Assembly: GCA_965649765.1 (NCBI GenBank)
Contig: OZ287752.1
Location: 79,670,001-79,734,000, forward strand
From: Bispira polyomma
Taxonomy: Eukaryota
Length of the DNA stretch: 64,000 bases
Reading direction: 5' to 3'
Part shown: one piece after another, positions 12,353 to 26,375 of the stretch
Layout of the letters: every line of letters begins with the position of its first letter
Position numbering within the stretch: the stretch's first letter is position 1
Notes under the pieces: model-generated
Seen by the model: the letters and a program-made list of their open reading frames with translations, nothing else
Databases searched by the model: none
Told to the model about the DNA's origin: nothing
Position numbers and translations under genes: made by a program

Positions 12353-14184
12353 TGCGTGTCATTGATTGACATTACAAATAGAATGTACGCATGGAGAATT
12401 TTGAGAAGTTTAGTACTTTGTGATATTACCATGGTTGAAGTCATTAGCATAGGTTGTTTATGTCTTATAAGTCTTCTTTAATAGTAAGAGTTTAAAGGTT
12501 GGAATATTGTATATCTTATCTAATCTGTTCTAAAATCAAAGGTGCATGGTGTAATCCTATAATGAATGTATTAATGAAACATGCACGCCATTTCAACAGC
12601 AATTCTTTTTGTATTTAATGGCGTTCTTTTCTGTTGATGCCAATTGTACTGTGAAAAATGTGTTCTGCTAAAAAAACTCGCAGACATATACACGAGAAGT
12701 TTTTCAAGTGAAACATAGTACATAAACTCACTGGATGCTTTGTGTTAAATACCTTACCATCTGGTGATTTCCTGAAGAACTTTCAGTAGCAACTTTTGAG
12801 GTTTAAAGGAACAATGTAGAAAAATATTTAAATTTGAGTGACCATTGTGGCTTTAGCAAGAATTAAAGAGTCCCTGTAAATATCGGACCAACTCTCAGAC
12901 CAAACCAATATCGCCAAAGCTAGGCGCATCTATTCAGCCAATGTTTAATATACATCCAATGTTTAATATACAAGTAGTTAAAGTGACTGAAATATTGCAT
13001 GTGGAGTTCTAACACAGACCTTTTGTTGCAGGAGAATGTTGTGCACAGATATGCACACGTTCTCATATTATACTGTCAGTTTGCATCCCCAAAAAGTGTC
13101 CACAAGCTAATATCAGAAGTGATTGGGAGATGTGGTCTCGAACTGGCACACCGGCATAGTCGAGCCCCTAGATTTGCCATACTTTTTGTTTCGATATAGT
13201 TGAGTTGGTCGTCAAGATTAGGCTTTTTATATGACTTTGTTAGCATGTCCATTCCTAATGTTTAATTGTTTCATTTAGCGATGGTTTCTTTACCTAGTGC
13301 TAAATGCCATTGCAGCAATTGAATTTAGATGGGCTTTACATCTCTTTCAATGGTTTGGGTCATATCACAGTGGAATTCAGGCCACTTCATTCTGTTCTTG
13401 TTTGTAAATAAAATACATATTTCTAGACAGTAGTTCATGGAATTCGGGTTGTTAATGATCTTTCTTATAAAGATTGTATGCCCTATATGGTGGTGTATAT
13501 TTGACTGTAAAAAATACTGGTAACTGGTATTATTGTCGGTACTAGATTTTATTTGTGAATTTATCTACTAGATGATTAAATATTGGTAAGATATGCTTCG
13601 ATTTGAGTTTGTCTACTAGATGATTATTAAATATACTACTAAATATTGGTAAAATATGCTGGTAAAATATGCTTTGAGTTCATATGTTTAACCTATTATC
13701 ATTGGTAATAAATTGAAGACAGTCGTTCATTTGAAATAATGTGTAAGAGTTTGTTCTTAAGTTCCTAAGCTATAAATATTTATGGTTCAAAAGTGTTCAT
13801 ATTGTGGTGATTGTTAGTTAGGTTATGTTTAGCAAATTGATGCAAAACGACAATATTTAATTGCTACAAGTGCTACATTTTAGCCATTACTGTTGTCTAT
13901 ATCAGTAGAACTACTATTGTCAGAACATGTTGGGAGAAGATTTTGTTTAGATAGTAAAAGTTTGAACATGGAAGAGACATTTTTGTTTAACACAAATTTG
14001 GGAGATTAGCAATTTTTGAGTTTATACAAGAAATAGTTAGAAAATAAAAGTTCTACTATATTTGTAATGCAATGCTACAATATGGCCCTGCTGTAATGAC
14101 ACATGGCATTAATTGTAAAATAAATATTACTACAACTGTGAAGTCAAGCTTCTGACTCTTTGTTTTCTTTATTTCTCTCCTCAG

Positions 14185-16372
14185 TGAAGAAATGAGGAAA
14201 CCCCTAATACAGGAGTTGTGGAGCTCAGCAAATGCCCTTCGGATAGCTGCTTTGTGCAAAATGTTAGAGACTTGTGATGATGTCAGCCTTGCTATCCCAT
14301 CTTCAATTCCAAATACACTTTGCACGTCTGTGAGTAAAGATATACCTTGCAGGGTCAAAGATGTACCTTGTAATGATGGCCATAACTTGTTAGACACTAG
14401 TGAGATAGCAAGGCTGGGCAAAGTAAATAAACAAACTGGCTTGGAATTGAAGTCCGATTACAAATTGAGTAATATATTGAAAGAAGAAAGTGCCAGATTT
14501 ATTTGCAATAGAGACATACCAAATCTTGCCACTGCTGAAAATGGTGAACCTAGTGACACTACATTGATTAAGGTAGAATCCTTTGAAGAAAGCTGGATTG
14601 TGTCTGAAAATGACACAGACATGGGTGGTAGTGATTCTGATGATACCATAGAATACTTTTCTGATGATAAACTTTCACAGGTGAAGAGCCATGGTAAATT
14701 GCAGACATCTTCTAAGAGAGCAAGGATCATCAAGAATAGAAGTAAACATGAATCAGAAAGAAGTGCTAAAAGTCCTTGTAAAAGTGTAAAAGGGAGAACA
14801 TTGAAACGCAGGAGTGTTAAGGGTGTTAAAAGGCATTTAGGAGACATGAAGTCAAAATGTGCTTATTGTGGTATGATATCATATCACAGGACAGTAAGAC
14901 ATCATACATACGAGCAGCATTATGATGAGTTTGTGCCAAAAGAATCTGAGGAAACTTTTGAAGTTCAATGCAAAAAGCCGTTAAAAATCAGGTGTTTAGG
15001 CTGTGGGATAGAAGTGGAAAGGCGGCGTTATGCAGTGCATTTACTGACTGATCACCCCACTGATACTGTCAGAAAAACTAATTCTGGTAGACACCATAAA
15101 GTCAAAGTAGGCTGTTTGTTTTGTGAAATCTCCATTAAGAATCTGAAGTATATGGAACATTTTGAACAGGTACACCCTGAAATGGGTTCTAAGTTCAGCG
15201 CAACCATTTCAAATGTGGCAGCGCCTAAGTTTCTCGATCGTGTGAACATTCCTGAAATTAAAAAAGTGGAGCATTTGATGATGTTTGCATGTGTCTATTG
15301 TGAAACAGATGAAATAAAACTCACCTTTGAGGAGTATAAATCGCATGTGTTACAGTGCCATCCTAAGTTTTATGAAGTGAACATTAAGAACATTTCTAAT
15401 CTTCATGATAAGATTGAAAGTGGCCTGGCAGGGAAAACAGAGAACAAGGAAAAGATAGAAAAATACAAGTATCTGTACATAGATAGGCGTAGATACCTGC
15501 CAGAAGTCCCACCACGACCTAAAGAGTACGTCTGCTTCCTGTGTCAGCAGAAAGTTCCTAATAGGAAAGCTTACTACCAGCATGCAATAGACCAGCATGG
15601 GTTTGAGAAAAGAAAAACGGTTATGTGCCCATATTGTTATATCTTATGCTCAAGCCATCACTCAAAATTAAATCATGAGGATGAGGCCCATGCCATTGAG
15701 AAATACATGTGTGAAACATGTGGCAAGGACTTTGTGAGATCATCTTCTCTGAAGTTACACAAAGAACATGTCCATTTAGGCTATGTAAAGGAGTGTGTGC
15801 TGAGGTACAAGCGGCAGCCGAAGAACTTGCTGTGCAGCCATTGCGGTTCTTCGTACAAGACCACCAAAAGTCTGAACTACCATATTGCAACAAAGCACAA
15901 TCAGGAGAGGAATTTTGTATGTTCCCAGTGTAACAAATGCTTCCTACATTCCAGTCATCTGAAGAAGCACAAAATGACACACATGAGTGCTAACAGCAAA
16001 AAGTTTTCTTGCTCGTTCTGCACATTCAAAACCAACAGACGCCATGACATGGAAAGCCATTTGAGAATACACACGGGTGAGAAACCATATAAGTGCAACT
16101 TGTGTGATTGCCGGTTTCGAATTAGTTTAACGCTAAGGTCGCACTTGGAAAATAAACATGATATTAAACAAACTGGTCAGGGAATCTTTCAGAAGTATTA
16201 CCAGCCTGAACATGGGCAGAAAAGTGAGGCAACAAGAATCCTAGAGAGCATGTGTGAGGATTCTGAGGAAGCCCTGGAATTACCATTCTCAAGGACCACT
16301 GCAGATGATCAGGACATTGTACCAATTTCTGAGCACATTGCTCTGAAAGACGTAGAATTCCCCCAGTTTTAG
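14185..16372 (+). CDS. Zinc-finger coding exon, copy 3
   Basis: 726-aa paralog (ATG 14192); acceptor AG 14183-14184, phase 2. Confidence 0.92.
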
Positions 16373-18813
16373 AAGTCTTTTAATTTCTTGACAGACGTGG
16401 CAATATAGCTCTTGGTAATCGGTATTTTTAAACGTTGTTTTAAATAGTTTTAGAGTTATAATTTTAGTAAATTTATTAGATTACTAGTGTCAGTTTGTTA
16501 TAAGGGAAAGCATTTACAAGTTTGAATGACTAGAATGAGATATATCAAAAGAAAAACTAAATCAAAAGTTTAAAACATGTAAATCATATCGGTCCTCAAA
16601 AAAGGTTGAATTGACTGTTAGCCATCCTGTCATCTCTTTCTCGATTGCTCAATGTGTTATGCAAGTTATAGTTAATTCTCTTCACCCTGAAGCTAATGTA
16701 GAATGTTGTGAAAGTTAACTTTGCAACAACTTGCATTATCTGGATAAAAAGTACATGCCATTTGTTTCTGTGGACGAGGTTTGAGTTCCACTATATTGGC
16801 AATAGTAACTTCAAATCTAAATTGCCCAATATAATTGGAAATATGTAATGCTAGCAAAGTAGTTTTTAGTTAGATTTAAAATAGTATGTCAAAAACATGA
16901 ACTTCTTTTAAAAAATAGAGTGAAACGGAAAATTTATAAGCAAGTCATTGATTCAAATTATAAATAAAATGTACATGGGCCATATTGTGAAGTTCAGAAC
17001 TTGTAAATATTATCATGGTTTATGGTCATTACCATATTAGGGTATTTATATGATTTTTAAGTTGTTAAATTGTATATCTAATCTGTTGTTAAATCAATCA
17101 TGCATGGTGTAATCATATAATAAGTGGATTAATGAAACTTACCAGGGCAATTTTTAGTGAATTTCTTTGATTAAATGATGGCGTTATTTTCTATTGATGT
17201 CAATTGTAGGTGTGTAAAATGTGTTCAGCTAAAAAATCTTTTAATCAACGGACCAACTTCTTTTCAGCGAGGCCAAAAACCAGTTTTTCTAGGTTCATTC
17301 TGTTTAATTTACATGTAGTTAAAATTATTTTTGCACAGAAATATTGCATGTGGGGTTCTCACAGAGACCTTTTGTTGCACACATATGCTGTGCACAGATA
17401 TGTTATACTCTCAGATCTGCATCAGTATCCCAAGTGACGTTTTATGATTTTGTAGGCAAATTTGATGGTTTCATTTTGTATTGGTTTCTTTTCCAAGTAC
17501 CAAATGTCATTATGTTTGTGATTTATAAATTAAAATAGTTTATAAGTTAATATGAAGTGAGTACTGTGTAGTTGTACTACATTATATATTTTTGATTGCT
17601 GTGTAGTGATCCATAACATGGGAATTGGAGGCGCATACTAAACCATCAAATTTATAAAAATTTACTTCATTAATGGCTGTATTTATGTGAACATTCAACC
17701 TAAAATTTTTGTTTTGGTTTCACCAGAAAGCTAATGTTTTGTGATTTCTGACAGTTCAACTGTTTTCAAATTTTGATGTATATTGTGTGCAAGATAATAC
17801 CATCTCAACTACATGTATATATATACAGCCCAAAAGAACAAAAAATCAGGATGAACTCCATTGGTTAAATTTTTACATGTATATCCATGATTTTTGAAGC
17901 TAGATATTAGCTACTTCTATATATTAAAAGCTGGGGTCATACACTTTGTGATTGTGTTTATAGAATTAAAATACGATTAATATTTGAGAAAAAAAAAGCT
18001 ATGGTAAAAAATTAAAATGTTTTTGGTTGAATATATATTGATTGAAGTTTTAGATGTCTGTAAATTTTGTCGCTAGAAATTTAAGAATTATATGTCCAAA
18101 AAGAGCAATTAATGCTCTTTGTGGTCCTTTTTACGTAGTTAAATATATTGGCTGAAATATTTGAATGCAAAGGATGTACATTCTAAAACATATAAAATAC
18201 GTACCTTGTCTTTCTTGATCACAATGTCCATACTCAGAATATTGCGTCCTTGCAAAAATATTTGCACCTTGTGTCCATACATAGTACGCACGAACAAAGG
18301 GCTTGGCTGATCTGTAAAATATGTCCGCAAATGAACTTCAATATTGTTAGGATTGGCTAAATTCTAGAATTGCCCTACTTTCGGCCATTTTGAAAAGTAA
18401 TTCTAAATAAAGTAGACCATCTTAGCGTAGTACACCCAGTTTCACATACTCTATTACCATAATTTAAAATTTTTTACATGTTCTGACCTCATATATGTTG
18501 AAATTATAAGAAAATGTTATGTTTGATCTATCATATGTATAATGGCGGCCTGAAATGGTGTCATTGTCGCGAAACGAAACAATGTTTAAACTGTGTCCAG
18601 TAAAAGCAATTGTCCGCTAACGGGAGGATATATTATTTTATATAATATCAACCAATACACAGGTAGACGGGTCGACATGTCATTTAAAAAATTAAATTTT
18701 CTAAAAAAAAATTTCAATCTTTATTATAATTATTTTTTTTCAATGTTCACTTTTTTATATAAAGTTATTATTTGACGAAATTGCCACTTAATTGTTGTAA
18801 TACCAGCCGGTGT

Positions 18814-19248
18814 AGGGAAGGTTGTGTTAAAAAAAAAAAAGTTTTACTCTCCGAAGGTTGTGTTAAAATAAAAAAATTTTACCCTCCGTGCAAACTTGGC
18901 CCCTAGTCCTGCAAATGGTGTATGGACATGTCCAGCAATTTAGCTTGGATAAAAAATCTGCCTATCATTTTCGCTTTCTAGCTCAGCATTGTGGGTTCAA
19001 ATCTTAACTCAACTGTAGCATGCATGAGTGCAGGGAAGGTTGTGTTAAAATAAAAAATGTTCAATTTTTGTGTTTAAATCAAAAATGTTCAATTTTTGCC
19101 CTCTGTGCAAACTTAGCCCCTTGTCCTGCAAATGGTGTATGGACGTGTCCAGCAATTTAGCTTGGATCTAATATCTGCCTATCACTTTTGCCATCTAACT
19201 CTGCATTTATGGGTTCCAATCATAACTCTACTGTAGCATGCACGAGTT
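18814..19248. repeat. Two diverged tandem copies of about 220 bp
   Basis: AGGGAAGGTTGTGTTAAAA...GTAGCATGCA(T/C)GAGT occurs twice; a single homolog lies near 28190-28350. Confidence 0.75.
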
Positions 19249-20054
19249 GAATTTAGTTGCGCTACACATCTTTTCAATGGCCTTGGTCATATCACAGTGG
19301 GATTCAGGCCACTCTGTTCTTGTTTGTAGATATGATACATATTTCTAGACATTAGTTATTGGAATTCCAGATGTTTAATGATCTTTCTATATCAACCTAT
19401 AATGTCCTATATGGTGGTGTATATTTGACTGATATAAATACTGGTAACAGCTAACTGGTATTGCTGCTTGCACTAGATCTGATTATATGTTGAAACTCGC
19501 CTACTACGGTATAAAATATTAGTGAAATATGCATGTACTTAAAATGTTTAACTTATTTTCTTTGGTAATGAATTGAGGATAGTCTTCAGTTTGAAATAAT
19601 GTCTCAAATATTTGTTCGTTTTCAAGTCTACAAATTTTTACCGGTTTAAAAGTATTCATACTGTGCTGATTCTCAGTCAGATTTTGTGGAGAAAGTTGAT
19701 GCAAAATGACAAATATCTAATTGATACATGTTTTATTATACCATTGTTTTTTGTTGTTGACACCAATATCGCATATTGTAGGCATTATCAGTAGAACTGC
19801 TATTATCAAAACATTTTGGGAGAACAAGATTTTGTTTAGATATTAGACGTTTTATAATTTCTGTTTGACACAAACTTGGGAGAGTGATAATGGAGTTCAT
19901 AAGGAAATAGTTGGAATATAAAAGTTCTACTATATTTGTGGTACAATGCTAAATATGTCCCTGCTGTAATGACACACTTTAATTGTAAAGTGAATCTCAC
20001 TACAACTGTAAAGTCGAGTTTCTGACTCTTTGTTTTGTTTATTTCTCTCCTCAG

Positions 20055-22206
20055 TGAAGAAATGAGGAAACCCCTAATACAGGAGTTGTGGAGTTCATCA
20101 AATGCCCTTCGGATACCTGCTTTGTGCAAAATGTTAGACAGTTGTGGCGATGTCAACCTTGCTAACCCATCTCCAAGAACAAATGCACTTTGCATGTCTG
20201 TGAGTAAACATATACCTGCTGGAGTCAAAGATGAACCTTGTAATGATGACCAGGACTCATTCAACACTAATGAGGTAGCAAGGCTAGGCATAGTAAATAA
20301 TGAAACTGGCTTGGAATCGATGTCCGATTGCAAATTGAGTAATATATTGAAAGAAGAAAGTGCCAGATTTATTTGCAGTAGAGCCATACCAGATCATGCA
20401 ACTGCTGAAAATGGGGGACCTAGTGACACTACATTGATTAAAGTAGAATCCTTTGAAAAAAACTGGTCTGTATCTGAAAGTGGCACAGACATGGCTGATA
20501 GTGATTCTGATGATACCATAGAATACTTTTCTGATGATAAACTTTCACAGGTGAAGAGACATGGTAAATTGCATACATCTCCTAAGAGAGCGGGGGTGGG
20601 CAGCAATAGAACTGGAAATAAGTCCGAAAGAAGAAGTGCTAAAAGTCAACGTAAAAGTGTGGATAGCATGAAAAGGAGAACATTGAAATGCAGGATTGTT
20701 AAGAGTGTAAAAATAGGAAGCCATTTAGGAGACATGAAGGCAAAATGTGCTTATTGTGGTATGATATCTTATCACAGGACAGTAAGACAACATACATACG
20801 AGCAGCATTATGATCAGTTTATGCCAAAAGAATCTGAGGAAGCTTCTGAAGTTCAGTGCAAAAAGCCATTGAAAATCAGGTGTTTAAGCTGTGGGGAAGA
20901 GGTAGAAAGGCGGCGTTATGCAGTTCATTTGCTAACTGATCACCCCACTGACACTGTCAGAAAAACTAATTATGGTAGACACCACAAAGTTAAAGTAGGC
21001 TGTTTGTTTTGTGACATTTCCATAAAGAATCTGAAGTATATGGAACACTTTGAACAAGTACATCCTGAAATGGGTTGTATGTTCAGTGATAAAACCAAAT
21101 CAAATGTGACAGCATCTAAGTTCCTTGATCGTGTGAAGGTATCTGAACTTAAAAGAGTGGAGCATATGATGATGTTTGCATGTGTCTATTGTGAAACAGA
21201 TGAAATCAAACTTACCTTTGAGGAGTATAAATCGCACGTGTTAGGGTGCCATCCTAAGTTTTATGAAGTGAACATTAAGAACATTTCTAATCTTCGTGAT
21301 AAGATTGAAACTGGCCTGGCAGATAAAACTGAAAACAAGGAAAAGATTGAAAAATCAAAGTATCTTTACATAGATAGGCGCAGATACCTGCCAGAAGTCC
21401 CACCACGTCCAAAAGAATATGTCTGCTTCCTGTGTCAGCAGAGAGTTCCTAATAGGAAAGCTTACTACCAGCATGCAATAGACCAACATGGGTTTGAGAA
21501 AAAAAAAACGGTTATGTGCCCATATTGTTATATCTTATTCTCAAGCCATTGTTCAAAATTAAATCATGAGGATGAGACGCATGCCATTGAGAAATACATG
21601 TGTGAAACATGTGGCAAGGACTTTGTGAGGGCGTCTTCTCTGAGGTTACACAAAGAACATGTCCATTTAGGCTATGTAAAGGAGTGTGTGCTGAGGTACA
21701 AGCGGAAACCAAAGAACTTGCTGTGCAATCAATGCGGTTCTTCATTCAAGACCACCTGGACTCTGAACTGCCATATTGCAACAAAGCACAATCAAGAGGA
21801 GAAGAATTTTGTATGTTCCCAGTGTAACAAATCCTTCTTACATTCCCGTTATCTGAAGAGGCATGAAAAGACGCACATTAGTGCTAACAACAGAAAGTTT
21901 TCCTGCATGTTCTGCACATTCAAAACCAATATGCGCCATGACTTGGAGAGCCATTTGAGAATACACACGGGTGAGAAACCATATAAGTGCAACTTGTGTG
22001 ATTGCCGGTTTCGAATAGGTTTGACACTAAGATGGCATCTGGAAAATAAACATGATATTAAACAGACTGGTCAGGGAGTCTTTCAGAAGTATTACCAGCC
22101 TGAACATGGGCAGAAAAGTGAGGCAACAAGAATCATAGAGAGCATGTATGTGGATTCTGAGGAAGATTTGGAATTACCATTCTCAAGGACCCCTGCAGAT
22201 AATTAA
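20055..22206 (+). CDS. Zinc-finger coding exon, copy 4 (C-terminal tail truncated)
   Basis: Acceptor AG 20053-20054, ATG 20062; the ORF-track start at 20035 lies in the pyrimidine tract. CAG>TAA stop about 20 codons early; all fingers intact. Confidence 0.9.
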
Positions 22207-24172
22207 GACATTAGACCACTTTTGAAGACTTTGGTCTGAAAGACATAGAATTTCCCCAGTTTTAGAAGTCTTGACAGATTTAGTAATATAGCTCTTTGTA
22301 ATAGGTATTTCTGAACATTGTTTACATGGTGTTAGAGTTGTAATTATGGTGAAGTTGTTAAATTTCTAGTGTCAGTCTTTTGTAAGGGGAAGTATTTACA
22401 AGTTTGAATGACTAGAATGAGATATATCAAAAGAAAAACCAAATCAAAAGTATAAAACATGTGAATTGTATCGGTCCTCAATTAAGGTTGAATTTACTTT
22501 TTATCCATCCTATCTAACATCTCTTTGTTGATTATTCAAGTTTTAGTCAAGTTTTTGTTGATTCTCTTCACCCTGAAGCTAACCTAGAATGTTGTGTAAG
22601 TCTACTTTGCAACACCTTGCATGATTTGGATAAAAAATACATGCCATTTTTTTCTGTGGATGAGGTTTACGTTCCACTGGATTGGCAATAGTAACTTCAA
22701 AACTAAATTGTCAAAGATAGTTGGAAATATGTAATGCTGGCAAAGTAGTTTTTAGCTAGAATTAAAATTTGATATCGTAAATGGGACATCCTTTTAAAAA
22801 GTAGAAAAGCTGAGAGAAACTAAACATAAATATGCGAGTCGTTGATTCACATTACAAATAAAATGCACATTCACCATTTAGGGAAGTTCAGATCTTGTTG
22901 ATATTACCATGGTCATTACCATATTAGGGTATTTATATGATTTAAGTTGTAATATCATATATCAAATCTGTTCTTAATCAAATATGCATGGTGTAATCAT
23001 ATAATATAAGGGCAATTCTTAGTGAATCTCTTGGATTAATTTATGGCGTTATTTCCTATTCATGTCAATTGCAAGTGTGTGCTAAAACAATCGCCAGAAG
23101 TACATAGATAGGGAGGTCTTCGATATTAGGCTTTTGCTGTGAATTTGTTAGCATGTCTATTCCTAATGGTTGATGGTTTCATTCTGTGTTGCTTTCTTTA
23201 TCGATTACTGAATGCCATTTTGATTTGTGATTCAAGGGGAGGGGCTGATCTCGACACCAAAAAGTTGAAAGGATTGCTTTTATTTTTAAAGTTTGCCCAA
23301 TAATATACAGTAGAATATGTCCACAAAAGAACTTAAATATTATTAGGATTGGCTAAATTCTAGTTGTTAAAAAGAAATTTTAAATTTTTTTTTTTTTTAA
23401 ATCTTCACTATTTATAACCATTTAATTGTTTTAGGGAAGATTGTTTGCCAGGTTGAAAATACTTCTAAACGATACATAGTCCTAGACATTAGTTATTGGA
23501 AGTCAGGTTGTTAATGATCTTTCCATATCGACCTATAATGCCCTATATGGTGGTGTATATTTGACTGATATAAATACTGGTAGCTAGTATTGCTGCCTGC
23601 TCTTGATCTGATTATATTTTGGAATTCCCCTACTACAGGATCAAATAGTGGTAAAATATGCATGTACTTGAAATGTTTAACCTATTTTCATTGGTAATGA
23701 ATTGAGGATAGTCATCAGTTTTAAATATTTTTTACTGTTCAAAAGTGTTCATACTGTGCTAATTTTCAGTTAGATTTTGTTGAGAAAGTTGAGGCAAAAT
23801 AACCATAATAAATTGCTACATGTTGTACTATACCATACGTTGAAGTTGTTTTTTTTTGGTTGACAAAATGGTATATTGTAGCCATTACTGCTATTTGTAT
23901 CGGTAGAACTGCTATTATCAGAACATTTTGGGAGAACAAGATTTTGTTTAGATAGTAGACGTTTTATAATTTCTGTTTGACATAAACTTGGGAGGGTGAC
24001 AATGGAGTTCATAAGGAAATAGTTGTAAAATAAAATAAAAGTTCTACTATATTTGTGGTACAATGCTAAATATGTCACTGCTGTAATGGCACACTTTAAT
24101 TGTAAAGTAAATTTTACAACAACTGTAAAGTCAAGTTTCTGACTCTTTTGTTTTCTTTATTTCTCTCCTCAG

Positions 24173-26375
24173 TGATCAAATGAGGAAACCCCTAATACAG
24201 GAGTTGTGGAGCTCATCAAATACCCTCCGGATACCTACTTTGTGCAAAATGTTAGAGAGTTGTGGTGATGTCAACCTTGCTAATCCATCCCCAATACCAA
24301 ATGCACTTTGCATATCTGTGAGTAAACATATACCTGCCAGAGTCAAAGATGAACCTTGTAATGACGACCATTACTCATTCAACACTAGTGAGGTAGCAAG
24401 GCTAGGTATGGTAAATACACAAACCGACTTGGAATCGATGTCCGATTGCAAATTGAGTAATATATTGAAAGAAGAAAGTGCCAGATTTATTTGCAATAGA
24501 GCCATACCAGATCATGCAACTGCTGAAATTGGGGGACCTAGTGACACTACATTGATTAAAGTAGAATCCTTTGAAAAAAACTGGTCTGTATCTGAAAATG
24601 GCACAGACATGGGTGGTAGTGATTCTGATGATACTATAGAATATTTTTCTGATGATAAAATTTCACAGGTGAAGAGACATGGTAAATTGCAAACAACTTC
24701 TAAGAGAGCAAGGGTCAGTAAGAATAGAAGTAAACATGAATCAGAAAGAATTGCTAAAAGTCCACGTAAAAGTGTAGATCGTGTGAAAAGCAAAACATTG
24801 AAATGCAGGAGTGTTAAGGGTGTAAAAATAGGAAGGCATTTAGGAGACATGAAGTCAAAATGTGCTTATTGTGGTATGATATCTTATCATAGGACAGTAA
24901 GACAACATACATACGAACAGCATTGTGATCAGTTTATGCCAAAAGAATTTAAGGAAACTTCTGAAGTTCAATGCAAAAAGCCGTTAAAAATCAGGTGTTT
25001 AAGCTGTGGGAAAGAGGTAGAAAGGCGGCGTTATGCAGTGCATTTACTGACTGATCACCCCACTGACACTGTCAGAAAAACTAATTCTGGTAGACACCAT
25101 AAAGTCAAAGTAGGCTGTTTGTTTTGTGACATTTCCATTAAGAATCTGAAGTATATGGAACACTTTGAACAGGTACATCCTGAAATGGGTTCTAAGTTCA
25201 GCGAAACCATAATGAATGTGGCAGCTCCCAAGTTTCTTGATCGTGTAAACATTCCTGAAATTAAAAGAGTGGAGCATTTGATGATGTTTGCGTGTGTCTA
25301 TTGTGAAGCAGATGAAATCAAATTTACCTTTGAGGAGTATAAATTGCACGTGTTAGAGTGCCATCCTAAGTTTTATGAAGTGAACATTAAGAACATTTCT
25401 AATCTTCGTGATAAGATTGAAACTGGCCTGGCAGAGAAAACTGAGAACAAGGAAAAGATAGAAAAATCAAAGTATCTTTACATAGATAGGCGCAGATACC
25501 TGCCAGAAGTCCCACCACGTCCCAAAGAGTATGTCTGCTTCCTGTGTCAGCAGAAAGTTCCTAATAGGAAAGCTTACTACCAGCATGCAATAGACCAGCA
25601 TGGGTTTGAGAAAAGAAAGACTGTTATGTGCCCATATTGTTATATCTTATGCTCAAGCCATCACTCAAAATTAAATCACGAGGATGAGGCCCATGCCATT
25701 GAGAAATACATGTGTGAAACATGTGGCAAGGACTTTGTGAGATCATCTTCTCTGAAGTTACACAAAGAACATGTCCATTTAGGCTATGTAAAGGAGTGTG
25801 TGCTGAGGTACAAGCGGAAGCCAAAGAACTTGCTGTGCAGCCATTGCGGTTGTTCGTACAAAACCACAGCGAGGCTGAACTACCATATTGCGACAAAGCA
25901 CAATCAGGAGAGGAAGTTTGTATGTTGCCAGTGTAACAAAACCTTCTTACATTCCAGTCGTCTGAAGAATCACGAAAAGACGCACATTAGTGCTAACAAC
26001 AGAAAGTATTCCTGCACGTTCTGCACATTCAAAACCAACAGACGCCATGACATGGAAAGCCATTTGAGAATACACACTGGTGAGAAACCATATAAGTGCA
26101 ACTTGTGTGTATGTCGGTTTCGAATAAGTTTGACATTAAGGTGGCATCTGGAAAATAAACACGATATCAAAGAAACTGGTCACGGAGTCTTTCAGAAGTA
26201 TTACGAGCCTGAACATGGGCAGAAAAGTGAGGCAACAAGAATCGTAGAGAGCATGTGTGTGGATTCCGAGGAAGATCTGGAAGTACCGTTCTCTAGGACC
26301 ACCGCAGATGATCAGGACATTGGACCAATTTCTGAGGACTTTGGTCTAAAAGAAGTAGAATTTTCCCAGTTTTAG
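24173..26375 (+). CDS. Zinc-finger coding exon, copy 5
   Basis: 731-aa paralog (ATG 24180); acceptor AG 24171-24172; opens T-GAT-CAA-ATG (phase 2). Confidence 0.92.

Noticed and set aside
20035-20061. TTG-start extension MFISLLSEE (also at 29119)
   Set aside because: This is the polypyrimidine tract and acceptor, not a start codon.
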